Source of the DNA: a virus
Strand: one strand, 5' to 3'
Virus record (IMG/VR): IMGVR_UViG_3300045988_171898
Coordinates: 1-64,000 of that record
Length of the DNA: 64,000 nt
The stretch's first letter is position 1; each line of letters opens with the position of its first letter. The notes below the pieces were generated by a model that searched no databases, was not told where the DNA came from, and saw nothing but the letters and a program-made list of their open reading frames with translations. The translations under genes and the position numbers were made by a program. Shown one piece after another: positions 41,234 through 52,052 of this stretch.

Positions 41234-41297
41234 ACCCTATAAATTCCTCCTTTAATTTTATTAATTGTAAATTTAATAGGTTTCCGACTGTTTTAGG

Positions 41298-41681
41298 TTA
41301 TGATTTAAACTTAGTTATTTCCATAATTAAAAAATCTCTACTTTGATTATTTATTTCAAAACTGTTCACATTATATCTTAATCCATCTAATATAATTGTC
41401 TTTATTAAACTGTAATTAAGTTTATTAGTCTTAGTCTTAATATCAACTAAGTTTTCCAATTCACTAATCCTAAATTTAATTATTGTTTTATTAACATCAC
41501 TTATATCATTAGATGTTAATATGTTCTTATCACTATACTTTGATAAAAGACAATGTGCTATAAATTGATTTTTATTACTATCTTCCAATACACATTTTAT
41601 TTTAGTCTGAAATTTATCAAATATCAAACTCTGCCCGTAAGTATGTAATTTCTTGAAATAACTAATAGCCATAAAAATCAC
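41298..41681 (-). CDS. head-tail connector protein (hypothetical)
   Basis: Assigned by position. Confidence 0.35.
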   Translation of the reverse strand: MIFMAISYFKKLHTYGQSLIFDKFQTKIKCVLEDSNKNQFIAHCLLSKYSDKNILTSNDISDVNKTIIKFRISELENLVDIKTKTNKLNYSLIKTIILDGLRYNVNSFEINNQSRDFLIMEITKFKS

Positions 41682-41949
41682 TCACTAACTTGCTTCTTTC
41701 TCTCCTTTTTTCACAACAAGATTTCTTTAATTCCTCAAGACTGTTAATCTCATCAATACAATCTCTCCTCATTAACCTTAATGTATTAATTGTATCTGTT
41801 ATATTCTGTACTTCAACACTATCTGTACCATTTTGCATACGTTTAAATTCAATAGTTTCCAAAAGACTTGAAATTTTTTCTTCAATTCTTTTTTTCATTT
41901 CTTCCTGTTCTTGAATTTTACTATTTATTTCCTGCAAAGTCAGTATCAT
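41662..41949 (-). CDS. hypothetical coiled-coil protein in the connector module
   Basis: 95-aa ORF with a ribosome-binding site. Confidence 0.35.
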   Translation of the reverse strand: MILTLQEINSKIQEQEEMKKRIEEKISSLLETIEFKRMQNGTDSVEVQNITDTINTLRLMRRDCIDEINSLEELKKSCCEKRRERSKLVSDFYGY

Positions 41950-41959
41950 ACCTTACCAC

Positions 41960-42205
41960 CTACTTTGCTTTTTCAGTTTTTTCCTCTTTTGCTTTTGCTA
42001 CTTTAGTTTTTGTTTCAACAGTTTCATTATCATTACTTTTTAATTCTTTAAGTTCCTTTAATTCCTTTAAAATTTCAAGTAATGTTACTGTCTGTAAATA
42101 TTCATAGGCTGTTTGGTTGTTGTCTTTTACGTGATTGGCAACAAACCCTGCAACATTTAAGCCATAAACATTAACTCCTTTTAATAAATCATTTAATTTT
42201 TCCAT
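41960..42205 (-). CDS. hypothetical small head-associated protein
   Basis: 81-aa ORF downstream of the capsid gene. Confidence 0.35.
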   Translation of the reverse strand: MEKLNDLLKGVNVYGLNVAGFVANHVKDNNQTAYEYLQTVTLLEILKELKELKELKSNDNETVETKTKVAKAKEEKTEKAK

Positions 42206-42301
42206 TAAATTTTCTCCTTATTTTTTTTATAGTATTCTAAAAGGCAGTAAAAGATGTGCTACTACCCTTTAGAACTAAGATATGTATAAATAAAAATATG
42301 A

Positions 42302-43531
42302 CTAATCTTCAATCATAGCATTTAACTGTGCTACTCTTTGTACATATTTTCTAGTCAATATATCTAACCCTGCTTGTGTCATTAACCCATCTGTATTAGG
42401 TCTGTTTCCACAATCAAGCCATAATCCTCTATATCTACCAGTCAAATGTACATCAATATCTCCAACTATTACTTTAACTTCTTTCAAGTTATGTTCATTA
42501 ACACTTTCCCAAGCAAAATTTTCATCTTCATTGTCAACTCTTAACCCCTGAAATTCAGGATAAGGATTAATAACTTTAGTTAATAATGCTCCAGTTTCAA
42601 CACTATCATATACAGCAAAGAAAATAAAATCTTCAGGAATTACTGTATCTGCTTCTATGAAATGAATACCATTAATTTTTACACTTGGTATACCATTTTC
42701 TAAGAAATAATCCTTAGTTGGCTCATAAGAATAGAATTTTGCTAATGTATTAATTACATTGCTGGATGTAATTGCAACAATTTCTTTTCCTTCATTATCT
42801 GTATAATTCAATAAATATTTTCTTACATCATCAACATCTTCAGGGGTTACCCCTAACTGTCCTGCTACTGTACTAGGTTTTCTAATCGCTCTATAATGGT
42901 TTCTTACAATAGAGTTCTTACTACCTGCCGTAGCACTACTGTCAACATTTGCTAACATAATACCATCTATCTTAACATTTCTTAGCAATCCAAAATTCTC
43001 ATTAAATTGCCCCCCTGCTTTTGGCACTCGGAATATTGATTTATAAAATAATGCTGGATATACTTTTGTAACATAAGTAGAAATAACAACATCCATTGCT
43101 TTCACAAATTCAGGAATTATTGATATGTGATTTCTTTTAAATGTCTTTAACTCTAATTGAGTTGTATTCATTACTTTACTTTCTAAATCTAATACTCCCA
43201 TTTCCCAAGTCATTTGTTTTGATTTAACTGGTACTGGGTCAGTATATGTACCTGCATTAAAGAATAATGCTTGAGTACCTAAACTAAAAGTTTCTTTGTA
43301 GAAATTTTTAGTATGTGTTCTTGTTCTTGTCATCTTTGTCAATAAATTTAATAATGGTGTAGTTCCATTTAAGGCTTCCGTATTATTAATATCTGCTAAC
43401 AGTCCTTCATAGTAATCCCCAACTTCAATAAAGTTGCTAAACTGTTTATGAATACCTTTATCCCCCAAATGTGTCGAACCAGTTGCTGGTATACCTGCAC
43501 CATCTTTAAATAATAAATATAAATTCTTCAT
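42302..43531 (-). CDS. putative major capsid protein
   Basis: 409-aa ORF placed after the scaffold and decoration genes. The size is typical of HK97-fold capsid proteins. Confidence 0.5.
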   Translation of the reverse strand: MKNLYLLFKDGAGIPATGSTHLGDKGIHKQFSNFIEVGDYYEGLLADINNTEALNGTTPLLNLLTKMTRTRTHTKNFYKETFSLGTQALFFNAGTYTDPVPVKSKQMTWEMGVLDLESKVMNTTQLELKTFKRNHISIIPEFVKAMDVVISTYVTKVYPALFYKSIFRVPKAGGQFNENFGLLRNVKIDGIMLANVDSSATAGSKNSIVRNHYRAIRKPSTVAGQLGVTPEDVDDVRKYLLNYTDNEGKEIVAITSSNVINTLAKFYSYEPTKDYFLENGIPSVKINGIHFIEADTVIPEDFIFFAVYDSVETGALLTKVINPYPEFQGLRVDNEDENFAWESVNEHNLKEVKVIVGDIDVHLTGRYRGLWLDCGNRPNTDGLMTQAGLDILTRKYVQRVAQLNAMIED

Positions 43532-43553
43532 TAACTTTTTTATCTCCTTATTA

Positions 43554-44120
43554 TTAATTTTTTGTTACTGGTACGTTGTATTTATTTGTATTGTTAGATA
43601 AATCCAACATAATTGTATGTCTGCTATTTATATAACCAATAGGTGTATTAAATTCAGTCGAACTTGGCTTGTCAACTGTAATAGCACCATTCTTACCTAA
43701 ATATACTGGCTTTCTTAAATCTTCAAGTTCAAATGTAGGATAAACTTGATTACCATTTGTATCATACCCTTCAACAATTAATCCCATTCTATCTATCATA
43801 GGCATTGATAAATGTTCTTCGGCTCTTGGCAATCTTTTATGAAATTCAACATCTCCTGCCAAGTGTCTGTTAGGCGACCCTGCATAAACAATACCCATAG
43901 GAATTACATTTACATCTGTATTATCTGCAATGTGCCAAGTATTTCTGTCTTGACCTAAACATTTACCTTTTTTAACTGTCATAATCTTGAATAAATCAAC
44001 ACCATCAGTATATTGGTCATCAATGTAATATTCTTCTGCCGTTGCAAAATGTTTTTCCTTAATATCACTTTGCATTTCTTGAATACCTGTAATTTTTAAA
44101 TTTGTTATACTTGCTTTCAA
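43554..44120 (-). CDS. hypothetical head protein (decoration / auxiliary)
   Basis: 188-aa ORF lying between the scaffold and capsid genes. Confidence 0.35.
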   Translation of the reverse strand: MKASITNLKITGIQEMQSDIKEKHFATAEEYYIDDQYTDGVDLFKIMTVKKGKCLGQDRNTWHIADNTDVNVIPMGIVYAGSPNRHLAGDVEFHKRLPRAEEHLSMPMIDRMGLIVEGYDTNGNQVYPTFELEDLRKPVYLGKNGAITVDKPSSTEFNTPIGYINSRHTIMLDLSNNTNKYNVPVTKN

Positions 44121-44159
44121 TTTTTAATTCTCCTTTAACTTTTTCCCACTCTAATATAA

Positions 44160-44819
44160 TTATTTTCTTACTCTAATGCCATATTTAGACAAATCATAAT
44201 TACTATGTCTTGTATTATTTGTATTACTATCATTATTTGAAGTACCTACAACATTCTTACTTGTTATTTTAGTAGCCTTTTGTGTCTTTTGCAATACATC
44301 ATAGGCTTCCTTTAATGTAGGACTGTCAATAAGATTTACAAACTCATTGACTTCATCAATATTATTAAACCCTTTACTTGCTCTCTTATCTAATGTTTCA
44401 ATTAAATAAGGCTTTTCTTTTTTAATAGTTCCTAATTTTTCTTTAATACTATCTTGTGCTTTTACTCTCTCAATCTCTTTTGTTTGAGTTTCAATAGTAT
44501 TTTCAAGCACTCCTATTTTTGTCAATAAACTTTCATTTTCTTCTTTTAGTGCATTTTCTCTCTCTTCTGCACTCATAGAATTTAATTTAAATTTTTTATA
44601 CTCCTCAAATTCCTTTACTGTTATACTAATTTTTTTTTCATCTTTTTTAGTTTGTTTTTTAGGCTCTGACTTAGGCTCACTTTTTGGTTCACTTTTAGGC
44701 TCTTTAGGTTCTTTACCTTCCCCTAAATCATCTCCCTCATTACCTTCCTTTGTTTCAGGTTCTTTAGGCTCTCCACCTTCCCCATCTTTAAACAAAAGAT
44801 AAATAAATTTTTTAGTCAT
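44160..44819 (-). CDS. putative scaffold protein
   Basis: Acidic/Lys-rich coiled-coil protein with KEPKEPKSEPKSEPKSEPK repeats, located between the portal and capsid genes. Confidence 0.5.
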   Translation of the reverse strand: MTKKFIYLLFKDGEGGEPKEPETKEGNEGDDLGEGKEPKEPKSEPKSEPKSEPKKQTKKDEKKISITVKEFEEYKKFKLNSMSAEERENALKEENESLLTKIGVLENTIETQTKEIERVKAQDSIKEKLGTIKKEKPYLIETLDKRASKGFNNIDEVNEFVNLIDSPTLKEAYDVLQKTQKATKITSKNVVGTSNNDSNTNNTRHSNYDLSKYGIRVRK

Positions 44820-44830
44820 ATTCTTACTCC

Positions 44831-46450
44831 TTATGTTTTCTTAAATCTATTGTCTACACCACTACTTTGATTTTTTGTATCTATCTTAGCAGTTGTATTT
44901 TCTTTACTGTTATTACTATTATTTTCTATTTTTTTAACATCAGTATTATCTTTATTAATTTGTGAATTTTCTAATACTTCTTTTTGATTATTCATAATAT
45001 CTTTAATCTGTTTTTCACTATATCCTTGTTCTTTTAAGTAATCTTGCATAGTTGTCAATCCTAATCCAATTTCCTGTGCAACAAGCAACAAATTGTCATA
45101 TACATTTGCAGTAACAAGTATCTTAGGTATTTGTAGGAATACTTTATCTTTCTTACTTCTCTTACTGTTATCTTTCAACAACAGTCCAAAGAAACTAGCA
45201 AATCCTTTTTTAATACTTGTCATATAATATTTATTCTTTACTTCCTGCTTAGTTCTAAATTGTGCTATTGCCTTACTACTATCACTACTACTCATCTTTT
45301 CTTGTAAAGTAGGAGGTATTAATCCAACAATTCTATAAAGGAAATCCATATAAAATATTAATTCTTTATTAAGACTTGATAAACTGTTTGTAATTTCAAA
45401 TGACTTCACATTAGTTTCAGGTAAAAGTCTTGAATGAAATCCTTTAAGTTTTTCAGGAGTTTCAATATGTACAATCCCTCCAGGGTCAAGTACACTCCTA
45501 TCCAAATCTAAATCCCCATTTATAACTACCCATCTAGGACTTCCAGCATTTCTATTGGAACTTCTAATATCTGTTATAATCGTATTAGTATCTAATGTAG
45601 GGTCAATGTAGTCAACACTAGGTATCTCACTAAATTCACTATCTTCTCTCTTATATTTACCACTTATGTGAATAATAGGTAACATATTACCCATTTCCTT
45701 TGTATTCATTACAATATTTTTATTCTTGGCACTTTTAATATCCAAGTCAGTAACATCTAAATACTCAACATAATATCCATTGGTAAAAATAATTAAATCT
45801 TCAACTTCTTTTCTAGTGTATATAGACTTTTCAATATCCAAAGTCTTAACTGTTCTTACATTCTTATAAATATATTTTATGCTGTCATCTTCAACAATAA
45901 TATCTAACATATTTTCAGTTTTCAATTTAATAAATCTATGTTTCTTTAATTCTTCATCATAATATATCTGATAAAAACAATCTCCTTTTAACTCCAACTC
46001 CTTAATAGTATCAATAGATACGGAAATCCAGTCTATATCATCTAGTTCCTCTTTTAGATATTTAATCTCTTTATCACTTAACTCTTGCTTAGGGTCAAAA
46101 TTATCCATTACAGGACATTGCATAGCAATATCTTCAACCAATGTTTTTATGAAATTTATATATACAAATGCTTTCTTAAAATTATCTTTGTAATCTATAT
46201 CACAATTATCTTGGGCTTTCTTAGTAATCTTATATTTAAACCAATGTTCAAAAGACCTGCCACTAATCAAGTCATCAATAACATTAATCTCAATATCCCT
46301 GTTAATGTTATTAAACATTCCATTACTGTTTAGTTTAGTAACCCAACTTAAATTATTAAAGCCAACTAAATTTATTCTTTGAGAACGTCTGTACTTATTA
46401 CTGTTACTAATAGGTAATAAAAAATTCTCTTCCAAATATCTGCTACTCAA
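44831..46450 (-). CDS. putative portal protein
   Basis: 539-aa ORF immediately downstream of the terminase large subunit gene. Confidence 0.55.
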   Translation of the reverse strand: MSSRYLEENFLLPISNSNKYRRSQRINLVGFNNLSWVTKLNSNGMFNNINRDIEINVIDDLISGRSFEHWFKYKITKKAQDNCDIDYKDNFKKAFVYINFIKTLVEDIAMQCPVMDNFDPKQELSDKEIKYLKEELDDIDWISVSIDTIKELELKGDCFYQIYYDEELKKHRFIKLKTENMLDIIVEDDSIKYIYKNVRTVKTLDIEKSIYTRKEVEDLIIFTNGYYVEYLDVTDLDIKSAKNKNIVMNTKEMGNMLPIIHISGKYKREDSEFSEIPSVDYIDPTLDTNTIITDIRSSNRNAGSPRWVVINGDLDLDRSVLDPGGIVHIETPEKLKGFHSRLLPETNVKSFEITNSLSSLNKELIFYMDFLYRIVGLIPPTLQEKMSSSDSSKAIAQFRTKQEVKNKYYMTSIKKGFASFFGLLLKDNSKRSKKDKVFLQIPKILVTANVYDNLLLVAQEIGLGLTTMQDYLKEQGYSEKQIKDIMNNQKEVLENSQINKDNTDVKKIENNSNNSKENTTAKIDTKNQSSGVDNRFKKT

Positions 46451-46472
46451 TTATTATTTCCACCCCCTTATG

Positions 46473-48293
46473 TTATGGAATTAAGTCTAAATATATTTTC
46501 ATTCTCTCTATTTTTGTTATTCTTTTTTTATTTAATAAATTATTAACCATATCCTTTACTTTAAACTTATCTGCTCTCCATTCATAATTACTACCATCTT
46601 TAAACCATTCTTGATTTTGTATAGCAACATCTAAATATTGCAAACAATAATGTAGCATAGCAACAGAATTACAATGGTCATCTGTATTTCCCTTTGTTTG
46701 TAAATCTTTTCTGTCCTTATATGCTTCATAGGTATATCCTGTGCTTGTTTCCTTTTTTACTAAAGTTTGCATTTCTTCATATAATTTTTCTGTTTCCCAG
46801 CAAGTCTTGACTAAAGGAAATTTTGTAAACCCATTATATAAACTGTCCTCCCATTCACTAAACATAGTCTGTTTACTTTTGCTTGTATATGTAAATGGTA
46901 TAAGCATAGTCAATATACCTCTTTTATTCATTTCCTGTCTTAACAACTGAATAAAATGTAATTGCTGTGATGTACTATCCACCATACAAATATCAATAAG
47001 TTCTTCCTCTAAAATATCACAAATTGAATTTACCTTGTCAATAGGTGTCAACAGGTCATTCAAATTATTTTTATTCAAAGTTGTAATTCTTCTGACTGTA
47101 CTATGGTACAACCCCCTGTTATCTTGCCAAGCAGTTCCTCTACTTATTACAAAATAATCTCCTGTACTCGTAGCACTAATATCAATTCCTGCCACTCTAT
47201 ATACATTATATATACTTTCCTCTTCAAAACTATTATTCACAATATTAAACATATCGTGTTGTTTTATTATTTCTTTAGTTAAGAATAATCCATCAGTTTT
47301 ACTAAATTCAAGATAATAATTCATTCTGTTTGTTATCGAGTGATGTCCTCCAGTAACAGCTATTTCACTTAAAGTTGTTTCCTTCATTATTTCTGCTTGT
47401 TCAGGATTAACTCTTTTTGCTAATGAATAGCACATTTTCCAATCATAAAAATAACAATCAATCTTTGAATTTTCATTATATCTTGCCTCATACTTCTTTT
47501 GTAATAATGAATTAGGACTTGTACTTGGTACTCCTATAAATATTTGAGTTCCACGTGTACTATTTGAAAATGGCGATATTGAATTATCAAATAAGTCATT
47601 ATCACACTTACCACTTTCATCTATTGCAGTTATATGTGAAGTCAAACTATCCTGTGAAGTTCCCAATGTTATAAAAAAACATTCACTATAAGGTAAATAC
47701 TGCCCATCCACCTTAGCACTTATTTCTAACCTGTTTGAATTATTTACAAGTTTAGTATTTTTACCATCCAATGCACTAACTAATTCAATATCCTTATACA
47801 TTTCATTATAAACTTCAATAGCAGTTTTAAAATAAGGTATAACTTCTTTTCTTAACTTATCAATAGTATCACTTTTGTAACTTCCTAATATTCCAGTAAA
47901 TCTTTCGTGTATAAATTCAACATATTGACGTGCGAACACAACTAAAAATGGTAGCCATACTTTTATTGCTTCTGACTTACCTGTTTGTCTAGCCTGTACT
48001 GGTAAAATTTTTCTACCTTTCTTATTCATAACACTATCAATAATCTTCAAACATACACTCCATTGATATGGAAATAATTCACGATATTTATATTTCTTTC
48101 TCACAACATCATAATATTGTCTACTTCTGATAACATATTCGATGAAAGTTTGATAATATTCTATATTCTCAATACTTTCAAAATTACCAGTTTCTTTATC
48201 AAAATCGACACCTATTGGGATTGTACCTTTTAATGTTTTTGCAAACACAACATTAGATATTGGGTCAATAAATATTTCATAATTTATTCCCAT
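46473..48293 (-). CDS. terL: terminase large subunit
   Basis: Walker A (VQARQTGKS), Walker B (TAIDESG) and a C-terminal nuclease Asp motif (GIDISATSTGDYFV) are present. Confidence 0.8.
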   Translation of the reverse strand: MGINYEIFIDPISNVVFAKTLKGTIPIGVDFDKETGNFESIENIEYYQTFIEYVIRSRQYYDVVRKKYKYRELFPYQWSVCLKIIDSVMNKKGRKILPVQARQTGKSEAIKVWLPFLVVFARQYVEFIHERFTGILGSYKSDTIDKLRKEVIPYFKTAIEVYNEMYKDIELVSALDGKNTKLVNNSNRLEISAKVDGQYLPYSECFFITLGTSQDSLTSHITAIDESGKCDNDLFDNSISPFSNSTRGTQIFIGVPSTSPNSLLQKKYEARYNENSKIDCYFYDWKMCYSLAKRVNPEQAEIMKETTLSEIAVTGGHHSITNRMNYYLEFSKTDGLFLTKEIIKQHDMFNIVNNSFEEESIYNVYRVAGIDISATSTGDYFVISRGTAWQDNRGLYHSTVRRITTLNKNNLNDLLTPIDKVNSICDILEEELIDICMVDSTSQQLHFIQLLRQEMNKRGILTMLIPFTYTSKSKQTMFSEWEDSLYNGFTKFPLVKTCWETEKLYEEMQTLVKKETSTGYTYEAYKDRKDLQTKGNTDDHCNSVAMLHYCLQYLDVAIQNQEWFKDGSNYEWRADKFKVKDMVNNLLNKKRITKIERMKIYLDLIP

Positions 48294-49024
48294 TGTTCAA
48301 CCTCCTTATCTATTCTAACAACTTCGGTACTAATCCCATTTTGTTTGAAAGTATCTATATTCATAATATTATTTATCTGTTTTTTAATTTCAATAGAAAT
48401 ATTATTACTATTCTCTTTATTACTGTCCGATATTAAAGTTCCTTCTCTATATGTATCTACAAGTTTTAATCTAATATTGATAAAATCTTTTTTCCTTGCC
48501 AATAAATCACTATAAATTTTAAATTCATCTTTATCCATAGTTTTTAATTTTGAATACTCTAATATTTGCATATCCAAAGAGGATAATGTAACATCAATAC
48601 TATCTTTTATTAAATCCTGTTCACTAAAAAACTTTATAAGGTCATTCTCCCTAAAAAATTCTACTTCCTTTTTATAAAACTCAATAAGTTCCTTATCAAG
48701 TTTATCTATATTTTTAATTATTTCATCTATTTCTTCAATAGTCAATCCATACAGTTTACCAACCTCCCTATATATAGAAAGACTGGACTTGTTCCTAGCA
48801 TAGTTCTTTAATATTATTTTCTTAATGTCATTATCTAATAGTTCAACATTTACCAATGTCTTTACTTTTTCATTCTCTTTTTCTAGTTCTACTATTTTTT
48901 GTCTTAATTGTGCATTTTCTTTTTCTAAACTTGATTTATCTTCCATTAATTCAGTTATTTTTAATTGTAAATTTTTTAAATTTTCCATAACTAATCTCCG
49001 TAAATCAATTTTAAGGGCTTTCAT
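48284..49024 (-). CDS. hypothetical coiled-coil protein (possible terminase small subunit)
   Basis: 246-aa ORF overlapping the start of the terminase large subunit gene. It carries an HTH-like segment. Confidence 0.35.
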   Translation of the reverse strand: MKALKIDLRRLVMENLKNLQLKITELMEDKSSLEKENAQLRQKIVELEKENEKVKTLVNVELLDNDIKKIILKNYARNKSSLSIYREVGKLYGLTIEEIDEIIKNIDKLDKELIEFYKKEVEFFRENDLIKFFSEQDLIKDSIDVTLSSLDMQILEYSKLKTMDKDEFKIYSDLLARKKDFINIRLKLVDTYREGTLISDSNKENSNNISIEIKKQINNIMNIDTFKQNGISTEVVRIDKEVEQWE

Positions 49025-49102
49025 TTTGTTAAATGATAAATTGGTCGACTAATACATATCTCGTTCAATCTAGGTATGTTTACGTTCGTTTTAGGAGCAT
49101 TT

Positions 49103-49663
49103 TCAAAACAAATAGTCTACAATATTTTCATCTCCATTGGAAATCATTTTTTCAAGTTCATTTTCAAATTTTAATTGTTTATCTTTTTCAATAAACATAT
49201 CAACCATAAATTTTAAATCATTCTCATTCAAATGTGAATATCTTTCAATATTGAAATCATTATCATTTAATTTCAACATAGCAAGATATTTTTTCCTATC
49301 ATTCCAGTCAATCTTATTTTTTATTTTTTCAATCATTAAATTTTCAGGAGATAAATTCTTTTTATCTTTAGTCCAGTCAATATAACTTAACTTCTTTGGA
49401 ATACGATTGGTAACATTTTTATGATAATCATAAATAAACTTGTCAGTCATTTCTCCAACAGGCTCAAAATTAGATAATCTTTTATACCAACTTTGAATTG
49501 TATTTGGAGAAATAGATTTACTCTTACAACCAATAGATTTTAAAAATTCAATGTTCTTACATAATGAAAATTTTGTAACTTTTTCTCCTCTTTCATTTAC
49601 TGAATAATTTAATAATTTATTCTTTAACGTTTTTCTGTCAACATTATATATTCTAGTTCCCAT
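49103..49663 (-). CDS. putative DNA-binding protein / terminase small subunit candidate
   Basis: First gene of the leftward late operon. Carries an HTH-like segment (KNIEFLKSIGCKSKSISPNTIQSWYKR). Confidence 0.35.
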   Translation of the reverse strand: MGTRIYNVDRKTLKNKLLNYSVNERGEKVTKFSLCKNIEFLKSIGCKSKSISPNTIQSWYKRLSNFEPVGEMTDKFIYDYHKNVTNRIPKKLSYIDWTKDKKNLSPENLMIEKIKNKIDWNDRKKYLAMLKLNDNDFNIERYSHLNENDLKFMVDMFIEKDKQLKFENELEKMISNGDENIVDYLF

Positions 49664-50286
49664 TTATTGTAATCCCTTTCGTTTTATATGAGTACATATT
49701 TAAAATAGTTGCAACAAGATACTAATTTTAGGGTACAACCTAAGTCTAGGTACTAGCCGCCTTATTACAAGTAAATTAATATATTATATACTCTTATTAT
49801 ATAGTATAATAGATAAATATAAGATATATTAATTACTTGATAAATTGGGGATTGTACCTAAAGTTAAGGTTGTACCTTGACCTAGTTCCTAAATTTTTAA
49901 TTTTTAATTAAAATTTAATTATTTATGAAATTAATCAGAACACAAAATTTCATTAATTCAGTTAATGATTTAATATTTAAAGATATTTTTCATAAAATAC
50001 TTAGGTACAACCCTAACTCTTGGTACAAACCGCAATCTACTTAGTTGTTAGTATATACTCTATATATCTATTAGTATATAATATATTAATCACTTTATAA
50101 ATTGCCGTTGATACAAGTAAATAGGGTTGAACCTAAAACTATTAAAGAATAACTTGTTTCATAGGTAAATAAATTTTTTTCAAAAAACTATTGACAAATT
50201 ATTGAAATTATGGTATTATATATAATAAAAGGGTTTGAAAAGATAACCTTAATAAAAATTAAATCATTGAAAAGGAGTGGTATACT
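49664..50286. promoter_or_regulatory. divergent intergenic control region with GGTACAACC-type repeats
   Basis: The region lies between the leftward late operon and the rightward early operon and is locally richer in GC. Repeats: ggtacaacctaag (49732), ttaaggttgtacc (49856, inverted), ttaggtacaaccctaa (50001), ggtacaaacc (50022), gggttgaacctaaa (50124). Confidence 0.45.
50191..50219 (+). promoter_or_regulatory. consensus sigma70 promoter with extended -10 (TTGACA-17-TGgTATTAT)
   Basis: TTGACA at 50191..50196, then a 17-nt spacer, then TATTAT at 50214..50219 preceded by TG. Confidence 0.6.
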
Positions 50287-52041
50287 ATGCCAAGAAAAAA
50301 AGTTATTAGAGAACTAAAATTTGAAAACGATAATATGAAAGTTGAGTTTATAGACCAAGTAAATAAATTCGACTATGAAAAAAAATTAGCATACATAACA
50401 TACAAAGGAGTTAAATGTATTCCTATGTATACATTTACTTTTTTCACATTAGATGAAGAAAGCAAGGTTGAAAAGAATAATAAATATTCACAAAGAAATG
50501 ACAGATTGAGAAAAAATATTGAGTGCTTGTTAAGAAATCAAGATAATGAATATACAAGAACTCTTGAAAAGGACAAAGACTATTTCATAATTTCAAAAGA
50601 TGAAAATATTGATGACTGGCAAGTTTATACAGATGGACTTAATGCTTGTTATAAAGAGAATGTAGGAAAGCCATTTAAAAATGGCAATGCAAGTAAGATA
50701 GCATACCTTTTCACTTTGGAAGGTGCAAGATTAATGCTATCTAATTTTAAGTTTGCAAGAGATTATGACAAGGAAAGTAAGAATGACAAATATTCAAAAC
50801 AGATAAGGGATAGAGCAATATACTTTACAAGAACTGAAGAATTAATTAAAAAAGTTTTTGATATTGATATTGATTGCCATACTTGGTTTTACTTGAATGG
50901 AAATCAATTAGAAGATTTTCAGAACTTGAGAATTGAAACTATTGCTAATATACTAATCCTTAACAAACAATACTATGATGAAGATGACAATTATAGATAT
51001 GCCTTTGGTATGACAAAATGTGAACAAAGTCAAAGAGATAAAGAATTACAAAAGATTGTTGAATATCATATTGATGACACGTTCGGACACGGAGAGAAAC
51101 TATCATACAAATGTATAAACTACACTTCCTATCTTGCAATGAAACAGTTATATAAAGAAATTAAGGAAGCAACAATAAACATTAAGACAGAAAAATATAA
51201 TAAAAAACAATTTATATTAAATCTTGTAAAGATATACAAGCCACTTAAAAGTATTATAAACTATGGTGGTGGTAGGGTTTTTGAACAATATCTGTTAAAT
51301 AAAAAATATAATACAGTTGACAGAAATACTTATGGAACTGTTGGTAAATCACTTTTTTTAAAGGGGCAAGATGAAGAATTTAAATCTAATACACTTAGAT
51401 ATAAAATAAAAAAGTTTAGAAACCATTCTATTGAAGTGTTAGAAAACAATATGAAAGATATTAAAGAAGTTGACAAAGAATATTTAGGTAAAGTTTACGA
51501 TAATTGCTATATAACTACATATTTGAATAAGTTAAAAGAATATCAAGGATTATTAAGGGGATATTATTCATTAAAGTATGATGTTTATTTTAATGTGGAT
51601 AAAAGTAGAAATCCAATAGGATTTTCTTATATGAAATTTTTAAGAAATGAATTAAAATATGGGTTTAATTATACACAACAATTTAATGAATATTGCAAGT
51701 ATGAACAAGGTATAGAAGTTGTTGAAGAATATGAAAGCAACATTGAAAGATACAAAAGAGAAGTTAAGTCTGAACTACTTGAATTAAGAAACAAGAAAAT
51801 TAAACTTGAAAATACATTAATTCAAATGTCTAGTTACTTGAAAGAATTTTTGGAAGAAGGGGCATTTATTAATCTAAGAATGAAAGATAAGAATGATGTT
51901 GCCAACTTAGGTAATTTAATGGATATTGATACAGATAATTGGGTTAGTAATATCTATATGGAAGATAATGGTATTATGAAAATATCGAATGGTAATAAGG
52001 TAATTAAAACAAGACATAAGAATAAATTGTTAGAAATGTAG
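50287..52041 (+). CDS. hypothetical early protein (584 aa)
   Basis: AAGGAG ribosome-binding site. First gene of the rightward operon. No recognisable motifs. Confidence 0.6.
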   Translation: MPRKKVIRELKFENDNMKVEFIDQVNKFDYEKKLAYITYKGVKCIPMYTFTFFTLDEESKVEKNNKYSQRNDRLRKNIECLLRNQDNEYTRTLEKDKDYFIISKDENIDDWQVYTDGLNACYKENVGKPFKNGNASKIAYLFTLEGARLMLSNFKFARDYDKESKNDKYSKQIRDRAIYFTRTEELIKKVFDIDIDCHTWFYLNGNQLEDFQNLRIETIANILILNKQYYDEDDNYRYAFGMTKCEQSQRDKELQKIVEYHIDDTFGHGEKLSYKCINYTSYLAMKQLYKEIKEATINIKTEKYNKKQFILNLVKIYKPLKSIINYGGGRVFEQYLLNKKYNTVDRNTYGTVGKSLFLKGQDEEFKSNTLRYKIKKFRNHSIEVLENNMKDIKEVDKEYLGKVYDNCYITTYLNKLKEYQGLLRGYYSLKYDVYFNVDKSRNPIGFSYMKFLRNELKYGFNYTQQFNEYCKYEQGIEVVEEYESNIERYKREVKSELLELRNKKIKLENTLIQMSSYLKEFLEEGAFINLRMKDKNDVANLGNLMDIDTDNWVSNIYMEDNGIMKISNGNKVIKTRHKNKLLEM

Positions 52042-52052
52042 GTATTGAAATT

